The position numbers and the translations under genes are program-made. 20,000 nt of DNA from Rhizaria sp. SCN 62-66 (taxonomy: Eukaryota), in the NCBI GenBank assembly GCA_001724265.1, contig MEDY01000021.1, positions 115,361 to 135,360 of the forward strand, in the 5' to 3' direction. Shown piece after piece: positions 8,479 to 18,361 of the stretch (positions are counted from its first letter, which is position 1; each line of letters starts with the position of its first letter). Under the pieces are notes generated by a model. That model did not search any database. It was given only the letters and a program-made list of their open reading frames with translations, and was not told where the DNA came from.

Positions 8479-11400
8479 TCATTTTGCGGGGCGCTTCTTC
8501 TCAGTGGTTTCCTTGACAATCGCCTGCACAAAAGCATTCGTCTCCTCCTTCTGCGCGGCTGCTGTCGCCACGCGTGCACGCCGTGCCGCACGCTCCTGCT
8601 TGCGTTGCGGCGATTCAAAGTCGTCTGCCTCCGCCTCCCAGGGTTCGTTGTCATCGTACACATCGCCACCAGCGCCACTCTGCTGCTCGACACCGTGGCC
8701 AAACGCAGCTTGGGGGGCGCGCGTCTGCGCATGTTGAAGCTCGCGCAAGTCACTGCCGTATGCCTCGCCAAATGCGCCCAGAGACGTGTCAACAGCCGCT
8801 GCAGCGTCATCGTCCTCAGCAGCGATCGCGTTCGCAATCGCGTCGTCTTTGTTCTCAGCAGCGTCGTCAGCGCCGACGAAACCGGCATCTTCGGCACGCG
8901 TACCCAGGTGTACAGTCACCGTCGCGGGCGTACGCGCGGCGGCGCGCGCAAGACCTAGAGGGACGAGCTCAACCGCGCTTCCCGCACTCGCGGTATTACC
9001 GCGCGCGCTGCCAGTTCCAGGAGCGTTGCGTGCGGTGCGGAAGAGCTCTTCTTCCTCTTCCTCATCACTGTCACGTCCCGCAGCGCCCTCAAACGCACCG
9101 AAGTCACCTTCATCCTCGTCGCGACCACCCAGCAGCAGCCCATTGCGCTCCGCCACGAGCACGCGCTCGCGCTCGCTCGCACCGCTGGCTCCGCCGCGCG
9201 CGCGCATGCGGCGCACAGTCTCGCGCACAGACCGCACACGCTTGCCCACAGCAGCGCGAACGCTCCGGTACGCACGGCGAAACGCAGACGCGCGCTTGAC
9301 AACAGAAGCAGTGACCGCAGCAGTGTTCGCTGCAGCGGCCGCGTTGACTGCGTCTTCGTCGTCGAGATCCTCGCCAGCAGCACGGCGGCGCGCGCGCTCA
9401 GCCTCGCGCGCCGCAGCCTCCGCGGCCTCCGCAGCAGCTTCTGCAGCGGCCTCCGCAGCCGCGGCAGCCGCAGCCCGGCGCGCGTCCGCGTTCTTGCGCC
9501 TGCGCTGCAGGGCCTCGTTGTCCTCGACGGCAGGCAACAAACGCAAAAGCGGGTGCGCGGCGCCACGGGCGAAGATCTCTGCGATGACGAGCTCAGCGGG
9601 GTCAAGCGTGGGCAAGTCGTAACAAAGGCGCCAGGCAACCGAAGCCGCGGCCTGGGTGCGCGCCCACGATGCGCAGAGCGCTGCGACAACAGTATCGAGA
9701 GGCACGCACACGCGCGCAAAGGGATACAGCGGCTCTTCTTCAGTTTTAACCCAGGCAGCTTTTTGCGATGTGTTCGTAGCAGGCTGCGCATTAGCGTCGT
9801 TGTTAGCGTTGTTATTGGCGGATGTCCAGCGCGACAAGAACGCAACCTCCTCGTCATCAGTCGCATGGCCGCTACCCGCCTGTTGGCCTCCGCGGCCGTG
9901 ATTATTATCGCTGGCATCTTCGTTGATCGTAAGCGAAAGCAGAGACAGCGCATCAATCGCGCGCCGTGAGTAGCCATGCGAGAGGGGACCGTAAGAAGTG
10001 CCGTCACTGTCCAAGTCGACATCGTAGGGGTTGTAGTTGGTGGTGTGTCCGCCCTCCTCCTCGTCGTCCTCACCAAGCAGCCACGCCTTGTCGCGCGCAG
10101 CAGCACTTGCGCTCGCAGTTTTAGCCGTCGCTGAACGTCCAGCAGCGGGCGTCGCCGTGCTGTTGCTACCGCTAGCCGCGGCGCCGCTCTCCGCACTGCT
10201 GTTGGTATTAGTGGCAGCTGGAGGGCGCCGGCGCGGTGCATTCGCGGGCACGGGGAACTTTGTCCGGTATTTCTCGCCCGCAGCATCTGCGTTCGTGATC
10301 AAACCCATCGCGATCGCATCAGCCAAGTCAAGTTCAAGCAAGCCCGCCTGTTCCCACGTCCGCTCACAAGCGTCTGGTGTCGTGCAGCTCCCGTCGCAGT
10401 CGCCATAGCACTTGACAGTGGTCGCAGAACTGCCTGTACCGCCCTCGTCACCGTTCTCACCGCTCTTCTTAGCCACAGGCAGAGTGACAGCAACATCAGT
10501 TCCCGCAATGCAATGCTCCTTAGCAAGCGCCCTGCTACCGCGCACCATCAACTTTCGGTCGCGCACTACGTCCACAGCACCCGCGCGCGCTGCAGCTAGC
10601 AGCAGACCCAGCGCGCGCTCGCGGCCGACAGTGACTTGCTCCATCATGCGCGCAAACTGGCGCGGAAAGGCCTCTTCGACTTCGTCGGCAGCGGCACCAA
10701 CAGGAATGTCAGGAGGAATAAACGCGAGAAGATAACCAAGCAGTAGAGGGCGGCCGGCGAGATCGGTTTGAGACGCAAACAAGTCGAGCTGGCTCGGCAG
10801 CGGAGCGGGCACAGGCTTCTTCGCTTTCTGCACTGGCTGCGCTGGCACTGCCTCAGCAGCGCCGTCATCGCTTTTAGGTCCTGCCATAGCGCTCACGTTG
10901 CTGTCAATCGTGGCGCTATCGAGCTTGACCCCGTTCACAGCAGGTGCGAGCAAGAGTTCGAGCGACCGCGGGTCGACACAGTCCGCAACCGCTGTGGGCC
11001 GCAGCGCGCGTGGCGGCCGGCCCCGCAGCGCCTTGCGCACGTCCGGGTCCGCGGTTGCGCGGTGAAGCGCCGCAGCGTCAATCGCAGCCGCATTGGCGCC
11101 GAGAGAGAGCAGGAGGCGCACGGGGGCGCAGTCCCACGACCAGTGCAGCAGCGCGATCTCGAGCGGAGACGCTGTGACTGTCACACGCGGCGCGCGGGCA
11201 CCGGGAGAGCCGGTCGCGGCGGCAAGCAGGGCCGAGACGCGCGCGGGCGGGACGGTGGTAGCGCCAGGAGGGAGAGTGATGCGGTGGATGCCGTTGACGT
11301 CGGCGCCGGCGCGGACGAGAATACGAACGAGCTCAGCGTGCAGAGGAGTGAACGGCTTGCCATATTCGGTCGGGTTGGGCATTACAGCCCAGCCAAGCGG

Positions 11401-11716
11401 GTAGCTGTGTACGCGGCGGGAGCTTGGAGAGCGCGCATCACTGTCGAGCGTGTTCAGAGAAACGGTGAGCATGGAGAGCAGGGTCTCAACGCGGCCCAGG
11501 TCGCGGCGGATGATCGCGGCACGAAGAGGGAGGAGCTGAACATCGGTTTCGTTAACAGCTTGTTTCTACGGAAAGACATTTGCAGAGTGAAGACTCGGTG
11601 AGAGATTTTCGAGGTTAGCGTAATCGCTACAAGTTCGGCAAAGCCACAAGTGTACGCACCTCGAAGTTATTCTTTTTACCCTTGCTGTTCGCCGGGGTAG
11701 AAGTGACACACCCCAT
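8479..11716 (-). CDS. N-myristoylation/palmitoylation-motif (MGCVTS) ankyrin-repeat-like protein, 2 exons (11716-11660, 11565-8479), 1047 aa
   Basis: Exon 1 encodes MGCVTSTPANSKGKKNNFE after an A-rich leader and splices in phase 0 to KQAVNETDVQLLPLRAAIIRRDLGRVETLLS, which is in frame with the 997-aa ORF. Ankyrin-like segments: LPLRAAIIRRDLGRVETLL, TPLHAELVRILVRAGADVN, SPLEIAL...VRLLLSLGANA. Confidence 0.85.
11566..11659 (-). other. 94-nt GT-AG spliceosomal intron
   Basis: GAG|GTGCGT donor, GCTAAC branch site (11619-11614), pyrimidine-rich end TCTTTCCGTAG. Removal gives an in-frame join and an MGC N-terminus. Confidence 0.88.
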
Positions 11717-12200
11717 GTTGGTTTTGTGCTTTAAATCTTCGGCTGGATTAGCCCTTTTATGATATTTCTGGAGGTGTCAATAATAGATTCGAGTAAAATA
11801 AGCGTGTTAAAATGTGACTAGACGGCAAAGCAACAATTGACGATCAATACATCGAGATGTCCTTGGTTTTAGATTCGCGTCTTGCCTCTTCAAGGAGGCG
11901 ATGCCAGTCGAATCTTGCAACCAAACATGTGGCTGTAACCGTATTTCATGGCTAACTCATTGAGCTTTTTGCAAAACAAGGTGAAGTTGAAATATATTGT
12001 AGACTCAAATGCCATTCATTCGAAATCAATGTTATTAAATGAACTGTCACTATTTATCTCGGTTTTCTAAGTTGAGTCATCTCAACATTGCGACTAAGTA
12101 ACTCAGCGTAAAAACCACGCCGTCAAACCTAAGTATCTTAAATCAAGTAATCAGTTAAACTAAAACCATGTGTTTGCAAACATAGTACATGAACGTACAA

Positions 12201-15200
12201 TCAGCGGCGACTCGCGAGTTCAACGCGAAGGAATGTACCGTTGCCAATCCCAGCCTCCGCAAGTGTCGCCGCCGGGTTATCCAACTTCGCCCACAGTCCC
12301 AAGCGTCCTCCACCCGCGCCCGTGCCAGTGCCAGCCTTAGCACAGGCACCTCCAATGCTCATGTGGCCCTTAAGTGCACACAGCACTGTCGCCGGCGCTG
12401 TCGTAGCCGCCATGTCAGGCATGTAGCCAACAGCCTTGCTCGCTGCGGTTACAGCCGCTGCAAGCGTGCCGATAGTGTCACCGGTGCGTACCCGCAGCAC
12501 GAGCTGCAGCGACGGCAGCGCGCCGCGCGCGGCCAGGGCTTCGATGCTCCGGCACGCAATCAGCCAACGGCCGTCGCCGCGCGGGGCCACACCGCTGAGC
12601 ACGGTGCCGGGCCGCGGCGCTGAAGGAGCACTTAAACCGCCAGTCTGAGGGGCACTACTTCGACCGGGGCTGACTGCGGCGTCGTGGACCACGGTGGCCT
12701 CAGCCAAAGCTTCTGCTGCCGCGCGGGTTAGACCGCGCGGCGGTGCGTTGAGTGCGACGCGCACTGTGACAGTGCCATCGCCAGCATCGGCGTTGTTCTC
12801 ACTTGAAGTGCTGCTGTTGTAGCAACAGTTGTTCTGGCTGTGGTTGCTGCGGAGCGACGTGAGGAGAGTACGTGCGCGTCTAACACTCTCGTGCGGCTCC
12901 GCTGCTGTTGCAAGAGTCGGGGCAAACACACGGGGCCGCTCAGCGTGACCCGCGCGCGGCGGCAGTGCGCGGCCTGCGCCAGCGTCCACTGCAGTCGAAG
13001 TCGAGTCGACGTATAACCACACGCCCTCACGCACCGCACCAACGTTACTCAGACTCGCACTCGCGCTCGCAGCCGTTGCATTAGTGTCGGCACTAGAATT
13101 CGGTTTAGAAGTCGCATTGTTGTTGGTGTAATGAGGGTTGGCGATCGGAGTTTTACGGGCGGAACCGGGACGTGTGCGGCCCGCGGTGGCAACGCGCGCA
13201 GTCAGCGAAGTCGTGTCGATTACACTTGTAGCGCCGCCGTCTTCCCTGCGCCGACGCCGGTCAAGCGCGGTCCGGAGTCCGGCGGTAACGCGCGCTACAG
13301 CGCTGCTGTGAGATAAGTTGCGCGCACCGGTATCAGACTGCGCTAAGCCAAGCTGCAGCTTGGGCACCGCTGCAGCTTGAGAGTGAGCCGTTGTCGCACT
13401 TTTCGCAGCAGTGTTGACTGGGACTTGGCTCGCACTCGCGGTCAGCGCAGGTGACTTAGCGTCAGCCTTGGGCTTGTCACCCCCCTTCGCTGCAGTCTTG
13501 GCGTGAGCCGTGCTCACGTCGTCATCGCCGTTGCTGCTGCGGGACCAATCAGTCCTGACCTTGCCGGCCGGGTTGGCCAGTGCCGCTGCTGCGTCGGCAT
13601 CCGTCGGCACAGGTGCGCCCAAGAGGCGGCTTAACGTCGCGACGTTGCTCTTCGATGGCTTCCGCGCCACGACCGCAGCCGACTGAGGCCGACTAGCAGA
13701 GTCTTGTTGTGCTGCGTTGTCGGCGCTGTTGGCAGCCGCCGCAGCAGGAGTCGACCACGAGCTGGTAAGCGGCACAACAAGCCCATTGTCAGCAATAACA
13801 ACCCGAGGCCCCGTGCCCTGCCCAACGACGGCGCGTTTTACCTGTCCAGCCCCAGCTGCAGCCGCAGAAACACCCCCGTGCACGCTGCCGCTGTTGTTGT
13901 TTGTGGTAAGTCCGGAGCGGGAGCCGCCAGCACGGGACGGTGCGCGGCCAGCGAGCGCTTCCGCAAAGAAGTCGACACCGCTAACCTCACTAGCTGTCCC
14001 GCCAGCAGTCGCAGTCTCGTTCTGAGTGGCGTGAGGGGCGACGAGCGAGCAGCCGGGGCCGGAGAAAGGCGTGAAGTGCTGTTGCAGGCGCCACGGGTTG
14101 AACACACGGCGCAACGGCATCGCGCTGAGACTGTGGACGCGAGAGACGCCGCCAAGCCGCAACCGCGACACGGACGCGGCGTTCGCAGCAGCACGAGCGC
14201 TGTTGCTCAACGCAGTGGGTGTGTTGTTGTAGTCGTCAGACTCGCCAAGAATAAAACCACGCGGCGGCTCCACTGCGTCTCCACTATGAACTCTAGAGCG
14301 AGGGCAAACCTGGCCGTCGCGCACAATAACACCGCTGACTGCATTAGCTACGTCGTCGTCATCGTCGTCGCCGCCGTCAGCACCGCCCTGAGCAGGAGCA
14401 GGGCTGTGTGCGTCATTCGCCCTCGACTTTGTCGTGGACTTGCTCTGCTTGGCCTTGCGCCGTAGCGCTGCCCGGCCAGTAGCGGCGGCCCACGCCGCGC
14501 CCGCAGTCACCATGGCCTCAATCCGCGGCACAAATAGCTCGGCCGACCGGTCCACCAGCGGACCTAGCGCGACGCCGCGCGGGAACTCAGCTTTGAGCTC
14601 TTGTGGGAAAAACCCGTCGAGAACGTCGGCAATGAGGCTCTGCGCGCTGGGGCTGGAGTATGCGCGGAAGCCGGTGGCGGCCGCGGTAAGCTGCGGGGCG
14701 GTGCCGTGCAGAGACCGGGCGAGGGACGCGGTGGCGGCGGTGCTGCCGTGGGAACCGTTCGCGGTGGCGTTGTTAGGAGCCGATGCACGGCGCAATAAAG
14801 AGTCCAACACAGAGCCCCCCTCAGCGGCACTGCTACTGTTATTGTTATTGTTAGAGACGGAAGCCCCGGATGCAGCTGCAGCGGTCGCAGTTGTAAGTGC
14901 AACTAGGTCTTTGCGCGTGAGATAACGGCCGGACACAGGGTCAAACCCGGGCCTAAAGACGATACCATTGCGGTACAGTGTAATCGGCAGCGACGGCGGC
15001 GCGCGCAAACGCTCAGTGCTATGGTCACGGTCACTCTTAGACTTGGGCTTTGGCGAAGATTCATCCATGTCATCCTTGTCACCGGACGATGCGCCCATGG
15101 TTGACTCAACGAGTGAATTGAGCTCGCCAATAGCGGCACCGAGACGCGTGACGTCAAACCACGCACCGGGGCCCGCGCCGGTCAAGCCAGCGCTCCCGCC

Positions 15201-17714
15201 TGAGCCTGCCGCCGTCGAGCTAGGCGCGCGGGCGCCCAACAGAGCAGCGAGACCGGCGGCCGCGCCAAAGCGAGAGTTCGCGGTCGCGGCCGGACCGATC
15301 ACGGGTTTCTTATTATTGTCGGCGATGTTCTTATCATTGGTGTTGCTGTTGTTGTTATTATTAGCGGCAGAAGGGGCAAAAAGAGGACCAGTGCGAGCGG
15401 CTGACTGCACGGCAGTAGCGTTGCCGTTGTCCGCAAAGCCAGAGCCGGTGCCACTGAGGAGGCTCGTTGTAGCCTTCGTTGAGGCGCTGTTTACAGAATT
15501 ACTCCTCGACTCTGAGTCCGCACGGTCACCGGTAGCGTTTGCATGTGCAGGCTCTGTGGTCGTGCTGCTGTGGCTGTTGTTAGCGCCGTTGCCGTCGCTC
15601 AGGGCAGGAGCGCGAAACCCAGCCCAGATAAGTCCGTAATCGCCTAAGAACGCCTCCATCTCCTGCACCATGCGCACCAGCTCTCCCTCACGCTTCACGC
15701 CCTCCGCGCCCGCCTCCCGCGCAGACCCGCGTGCGACGGCCGCCGCAGTCTCGCTCTCGCGGCAGCGGCGCTGCAGACCGGCGAGCGCGACGGCTTGCTG
15801 GCCGTTGAGGCGCTCAAGCTGGGTCAGGCGACGGATGAGTGACTGCACCAAGGGGCCGTCTTCGCCGTTGTTGCTGCCTGTGGTGCTGCCATGACCGGCA
15901 GTTGCGCTCGGGTTCGCGGGTGTGTTGTGCGCATTGCTGTGCTCTTTGTGGGGTGGGCGCGAGATCGACTGTGCTGTTGCTTTGGGGCCCCTAACAACAC
16001 GCACACCCGCAGCGGCAGTACTATTCTGTGACAGTGCGGCTTTGTTGTTTTGCGACGATAAGTAGCGGCCGCCAATGTCGCTGTGCCGGTCATCATCCCA
16101 GTCGCCGCCGCCACCGCCGCCGCCGCCGTCCCTGTGGCGGTGCTCATCGCCAATATCTGCACCTTGCAGCGACGCCAACAGTGCGTCAATGCCGCCGTCC
16201 GCGGCCGCACCCGCGCCAGTGCCGGGGGTCAAGGGCGAGAGGTACTTGAACGACACCTCACCGTCATTCGCAGGGATACTTACATTCGCCCCACCCTTAG
16301 AAGACGCACTGGGCTTCACAGGCTTGTGGTTGGGATTGCCGCCACGGGGGCTTGGGGCAGGGCCCCCTGAGCCATAGAGAAACGACAGCGATGCGGCAGT
16401 TTCACCGACACCAAGCTTAGCGCGATCGCTGCTGTTGCTGGCGTTGGAACTAGAAGACGGGGGATTGTACGAGTACGCGGCGGCCACAGCGGCGCTGGCA
16501 GCAGCGGCGGCGTCGTGCGCCGCAGCAACGGCCTCCGGATCGCCATAAGTGTCATCGACGTCGTCGTTATGATAATCAGTGTCTGTGTTCGCGAGAGTGT
16601 TTGCAACAGAAGCGCGCAGCAGTGCAGCCTGAGTCAGCCGCGACTGTCGCAAACCGAGTAGGTTCGCAGTGTCGTTGCCGTCATCAAGCGCACGCCCGGC
16701 TGCCAGCGGCGCACTTGCACCAGGACTACTAATGTTGGTGTTTGATGTGGTGCGAGTTGCTGTTGTTGCCACGATAGGACGAGAGCGGTAGTTCAGATTG
16801 AGCTTACTCGCGCCTGGGATAGCCCCAGCACCAGCGCCGTTTAAACTCACACCAGCCGCAGCAGCAGCAGCAGCAGCAGCAGCTGACGCGGCGGCTGCAG
16901 CGGAGGCGAGATTTGCGCTCGCACGCGAGCCGAGAGGGAAATGCTCCGCGTACACTGCTTTCTCAGCGCTTGAATCAACCGGCAAGAATGGCGACTGGGA
17001 TGCCACGGGCTGTGAGCCAAACGCGGACGTGTACGAGGCGTTTGGCGCGGAGGCGGACGGAGGGCGCGCGGCAAAGGGGCCGTAAGCATCGCCAGCAGCA
17101 GTGGACACTGAGCTCGCAGGGACGATGCCGTGGCCGTGATTGCTTGCGGTCGACCCAGTGCTGGGACCATGCCGGGAGCTGGAGCCAGAAGGAGGACGCG
17201 CAAGATGCGCGCGGCCTGCGTACGCTGCGGCGTTGGTGGGCGTGGCAGCGCGAGCGGCGGCAAGCACCGCCGCGGCAGACGACGATGGCACTGCATGAGC
17301 CGCGGCTGGCGCTGCACTTGGAGCCGTTGACCCTGAAGAGGCGGAGGCGGAACCGGGCCGAGGGCCGGATGACGGGCGCGGAAGCAGTGACGATGACGAC
17401 GACGCCGGTGTCAGCGACGGCAGCACAGCAGGCAGCGGACCGCTGTGCTGCTGCTGCTGCTGCTGATGTGAGTGACTTTGCTGCTGCTGAGAGAGGGAAG
17501 CGTAGGAGCGCGCCGGGAGAGCGCCGCCGTAGCTGGGCGGATAGGCTAAAACAGGGGCACCGCGGGCACTGTAGTCGCCGCCGTTGGCGCTGACAATGCC
17601 GCTTTGTGCATAGCTGGAGGAGCCAGAGGTGCTGCTGCTGGAAGAGTGGGGCAGCAAGGGGCGGTTCACGGGCTTCTCGTAGCGCGACCGACGAGGGTCC
17701 GCGGGCTGGGACAT
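12201..17714 (-). CDS. UBXN11: UBXN11 (socius)-like p97/Cdc48 cofactor, 1837 aa, with coiled coil, split SEP domain, SHP box and C-terminal UBX-like domain
   Basis: First ATG of the ORF is at 17714 (MSQPADP), where GC-rich coding composition begins. UBXN11 hallmarks in the expected order: VQEMEAFLGDYGLIWAG, FDVTRLGAAIGELNSL, RLRAPPSLPITLYRNGIVF, FRAYSSPSAQSLIADVLDGFFPQELKAEFPRGV, SHP box FSGPGCSL, and UBX-like LVLRVRTGDTIGTL...ATLAEAGIGNGTFLRV. Confidence 0.88.
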   Translation of the reverse strand: MSQPADPRRSRYEKPVNRPLLPHSSSSSTSGSSSYAQSGIVSANGGDYSARGAPVLAYPPSYGGALPARSYASLSQQQQSHSHQQQQQQHSGPLPAVLPSLTPASSSSSLLPRPSSGPRPGSASASSGSTAPSAAPAAAHAVPSSSAAAVLAAARAATPTNAAAYAGRAHLARPPSGSSSRHGPSTGSTASNHGHGIVPASSVSTAAGDAYGPFAARPPSASAPNASYTSAFGSQPVASQSPFLPVDSSAEKAVYAEHFPLGSRASANLASAAAAASAAAAAAAAAAGVSLNGAGAGAIPGASKLNLNYRSRPIVATTATRTTSNTNISSPGASAPLAAGRALDDGNDTANLLGLRQSRLTQAALLRASVANTLANTDTDYHNDDVDDTYGDPEAVAAAHDAAAAASAAVAAAYSYNPPSSSSNASNSSDRAKLGVGETAASLSFLYGSGGPAPSPRGGNPNHKPVKPSASSKGGANVSIPANDGEVSFKYLSPLTPGTGAGAAADGGIDALLASLQGADIGDEHRHRDGGGGGGGGDWDDDRHSDIGGRYLSSQNNKAALSQNSTAAAGVRVVRGPKATAQSISRPPHKEHSNAHNTPANPSATAGHGSTTGSNNGEDGPLVQSLIRRLTQLERLNGQQAVALAGLQRRCRESETAAAVARGSAREAGAEGVKREGELVRMVQEMEAFLGDYGLIWAGFRAPALSDGNGANNSHSSTTTEPAHANATGDRADSESRSNSVNSASTKATTSLLSGTGSGFADNGNATAVQSAARTGPLFAPSAANNNNNSNTNDKNIADNNKKPVIGPAATANSRFGAAAGLAALLGARAPSSTAAGSGGSAGLTGAGPGAWFDVTRLGAAIGELNSLVESTMGASSGDKDDMDESSPKPKSKSDRDHSTERLRAPPSLPITLYRNGIVFRPGFDPVSGRYLTRKDLVALTTATAAAASGASVSNNNNNSSSAAEGGSVLDSLLRRASAPNNATANGSHGSTAATASLARSLHGTAPQLTAAATGFRAYSSPSAQSLIADVLDGFFPQELKAEFPRGVALGPLVDRSAELFVPRIEAMVTAGAAWAAATGRAALRRKAKQSKSTTKSRANDAHSPAPAQGGADGGDDDDDDVANAVSGVIVRDGQVCPRSRVHSGDAVEPPRGFILGESDDYNNTPTALSNSARAAANAASVSRLRLGGVSRVHSLSAMPLRRVFNPWRLQQHFTPFSGPGCSLVAPHATQNETATAGGTASEVSGVDFFAEALAGRAPSRAGGSRSGLTTNNNSGSVHGGVSAAAAGAGQVKRAVVGQGTGPRVVIADNGLVVPLTSSWSTPAAAAANSADNAAQQDSASRPQSAAVVARKPSKSNVATLSRLLGAPVPTDADAAAALANPAGKVRTDWSRSSNGDDDVSTAHAKTAAKGGDKPKADAKSPALTASASQVPVNTAAKSATTAHSQAAAVPKLQLGLAQSDTGARNLSHSSAVARVTAGLRTALDRRRRREDGGATSVIDTTSLTARVATAGRTRPGSARKTPIANPHYTNNNATSKPNSSADTNATAASASASLSNVGAVREGVWLYVDSTSTAVDAGAGRALPPRAGHAERPRVFAPTLATAAEPHESVRRARTLLTSLRSNHSQNNCCYNSSTSSENNADAGDGTVTVRVALNAPPRGLTRAAAEALAEATVVHDAAVSPGRSSAPQTGGLSAPSAPRPGTVLSGVAPRGDGRWLIACRSIEALAARGALPSLQLVLRVRTGDTIGTLAAAVTAASKAVGYMPDMAATTAPATVLCALKGHMSIGGACAKAGTGTGAGGGRLGLWAKLDNPAATLAEAGIGNGTFLRVELASRR
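16858..16884 (-). repeat. Coding (GCT)n trinucleotide run encoding poly-Ala
   Basis: Run of GCA triplets on the + strand, inside ASAAAAAAAAAAG of the UBXN11-like protein. Confidence 0.8.
17446..17488 (-). repeat. Coding (CAG)n runs encoding poly-Gln
   Basis: Two CTG runs on the + strand encoding QQQQSHSHQQQQQQH. Confidence 0.8.
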
Positions 17715-18361
17715 CGTGCGCTGGTATGAAATAGCGTAGAAACCTTGTGCGCAAGCTAAGAAACGACAACAAAGTTTGTAAAAGTGTGCGTAGCGGGTTT
17801 TTAAGGAGGTGCTGTTCAAAGTGTGCCAACGGGCAAGAAAACATTTTGCAAGTCAATATCTCATGGCATAGTCCGTCATCTAGAGATACAATAGTAAGAT
17901 AATGCACATCAATCAGTTTCAAATATGGCCATGTAATAATATGCATTGAGTCCTCTGTTAAGACGCAGGTCACGTGTGATATGAACCTTGCTAGTCGTTA
18001 CGAGTCAACACGCTCGCTCGTGCAGAAGCCAACAAGTGCACTTCAAGCACGATTACAATATCATTTAAGTAGCCATGCGAAATCAGAGGACATATAATAA
18101 AAACATAAAAGTGTATGTGTGTTATGAACTTCTTAAAACCCGTCCCGGTGCAGTGCTTCTTGCCCGCGCCGCTGGTTTCTGTCACAACTCTAAAAAAAAG
18201 TCTAGTGTAAATCGCCCTCTCGGCATCTTTGCGCGACGACAGCAGGGCACTCTGTCGCCACCAGTCCACAATATCCCCAATATACTCTTAATATAATAAG
18301 TTACCTCGCCAAGCCACACTCCTCGCATCGCTCAGCGCCGCTCCAGCCACGGTGCCATTGC

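Noticed and set aside
12061-12116. Hairpin GTTGAG-TCAT-CTCAAC with outer GGTTTT/AAAACC downstream of UBXN11
   Set aside because: Stems of 6 bp are expected by chance, and a bacterial-type terminator is irrelevant in a eukaryote.
17715-17973. N-terminal extension to 17819 and the overlapping 332-aa ORF
   Set aside because: Non-ATG starts in AT-rich non-coding-like sequence; coding composition begins at ATG 17714.
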